From: Geobacillus phage GBK2
DNA: 24,000 nucleotides
Sequence record: NC_023612.1
Reading direction: 5' to 3' (one strand)
The notes beneath the pieces were generated by a model. The model was not told the DNA's origin, searched no databases, and saw nothing but the letters and a program-made list of their open reading frames with translations. This document shows, one piece after another, positions 23,844 through 24,000 of the stretch (positions are counted from its first letter, which is position 1; each line of letters starts with the position of its first letter). The translations under genes were made by a program, and so were the position numbers.

Positions 23844-23990
23844 ATGGCCAAAATTCCAAGAAAGAAGGGACATAGGCACATGGTTAAAAAGTGCATTAAT
23901 TGCAATCAACTAAAAGAAATGATTACAAAACGCTCGAATTTATGTAAAGATTGTTTTGAGGAACTGTTAAAAACCAAAATAAAAGAATAA
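23844..23990 (+). CDS. 48-aa zinc-finger mini-protein
   Basis: MAKIPRKKGHRHMVKKCINCNQLKEMITKRSNLCKDCFEELLKTKIKE; two CxxC pairs. Confidence 0.5.
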   Translation: MAKIPRKKGHRHMVKKCINCNQLKEMITKRSNLCKDCFEELLKTKIKE

Positions 23991-24000
23991 GGGTGATTTT

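Noticed and set aside
1-24000. Search for integrase, CI-like lysogeny cassette, transposases, tRNAs.
   Set aside because: None recognised; absence in this window says nothing about the rest of the genome.

Overview
This window looks like part of a Firmicute (Bacillus/Geobacillus-like) tailed phage, prophage or phage-plasmid genome. Nearly every gene is on the + strand, and many share a GGAGGGGTAAA-type ribosome binding site. Gene order: tail protein and GH18-like tail glycosidase; lysis cassette (XhlA-like, M15-type endolysin, phi LC3-like holin); a lone minus-strand secreted 'moron'; an unusual conjugation/T4SS-like module (ribbon-helix-helix/ParR-like protein, VirB2/TrbC-like small membrane protein, second membrane protein, large TraG/VirB4-like ATPase with GAGKDT and NEPEQ motifs); recombination genes (YqaJ-like exonuclease with an apparent frameshift, RecT, SSB); replication genes (O/DnaD-type initiator, G39P-like loader, DnaB helicase); a DNA methyltransferase flanked by direct repeats; ThyA; dimeric dUTPase; RusA; many small Zn-ribbon proteins. 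Best leads: (1) seven 17-bp dyad iterons plus an AT-rich tract inside the initiator gene, which looks like a lambda-type origin; (2) an intergenic RNA candidate near 23.7 kb with a feasible H-type pseudoknot and a strong terminator; (3) the T4SS-like module; (4) two near-identical promoters about 6 kb apart sharing a 17-bp dyad operator; (5) the methyltransferase cassette bounded by 63-bp repeats; (6) near absence of GATC. No integrase, CI-like lysogeny cassette, CRISPR array or tRNA was recognised. All calls come from reading the sequence by hand. No database search was run.
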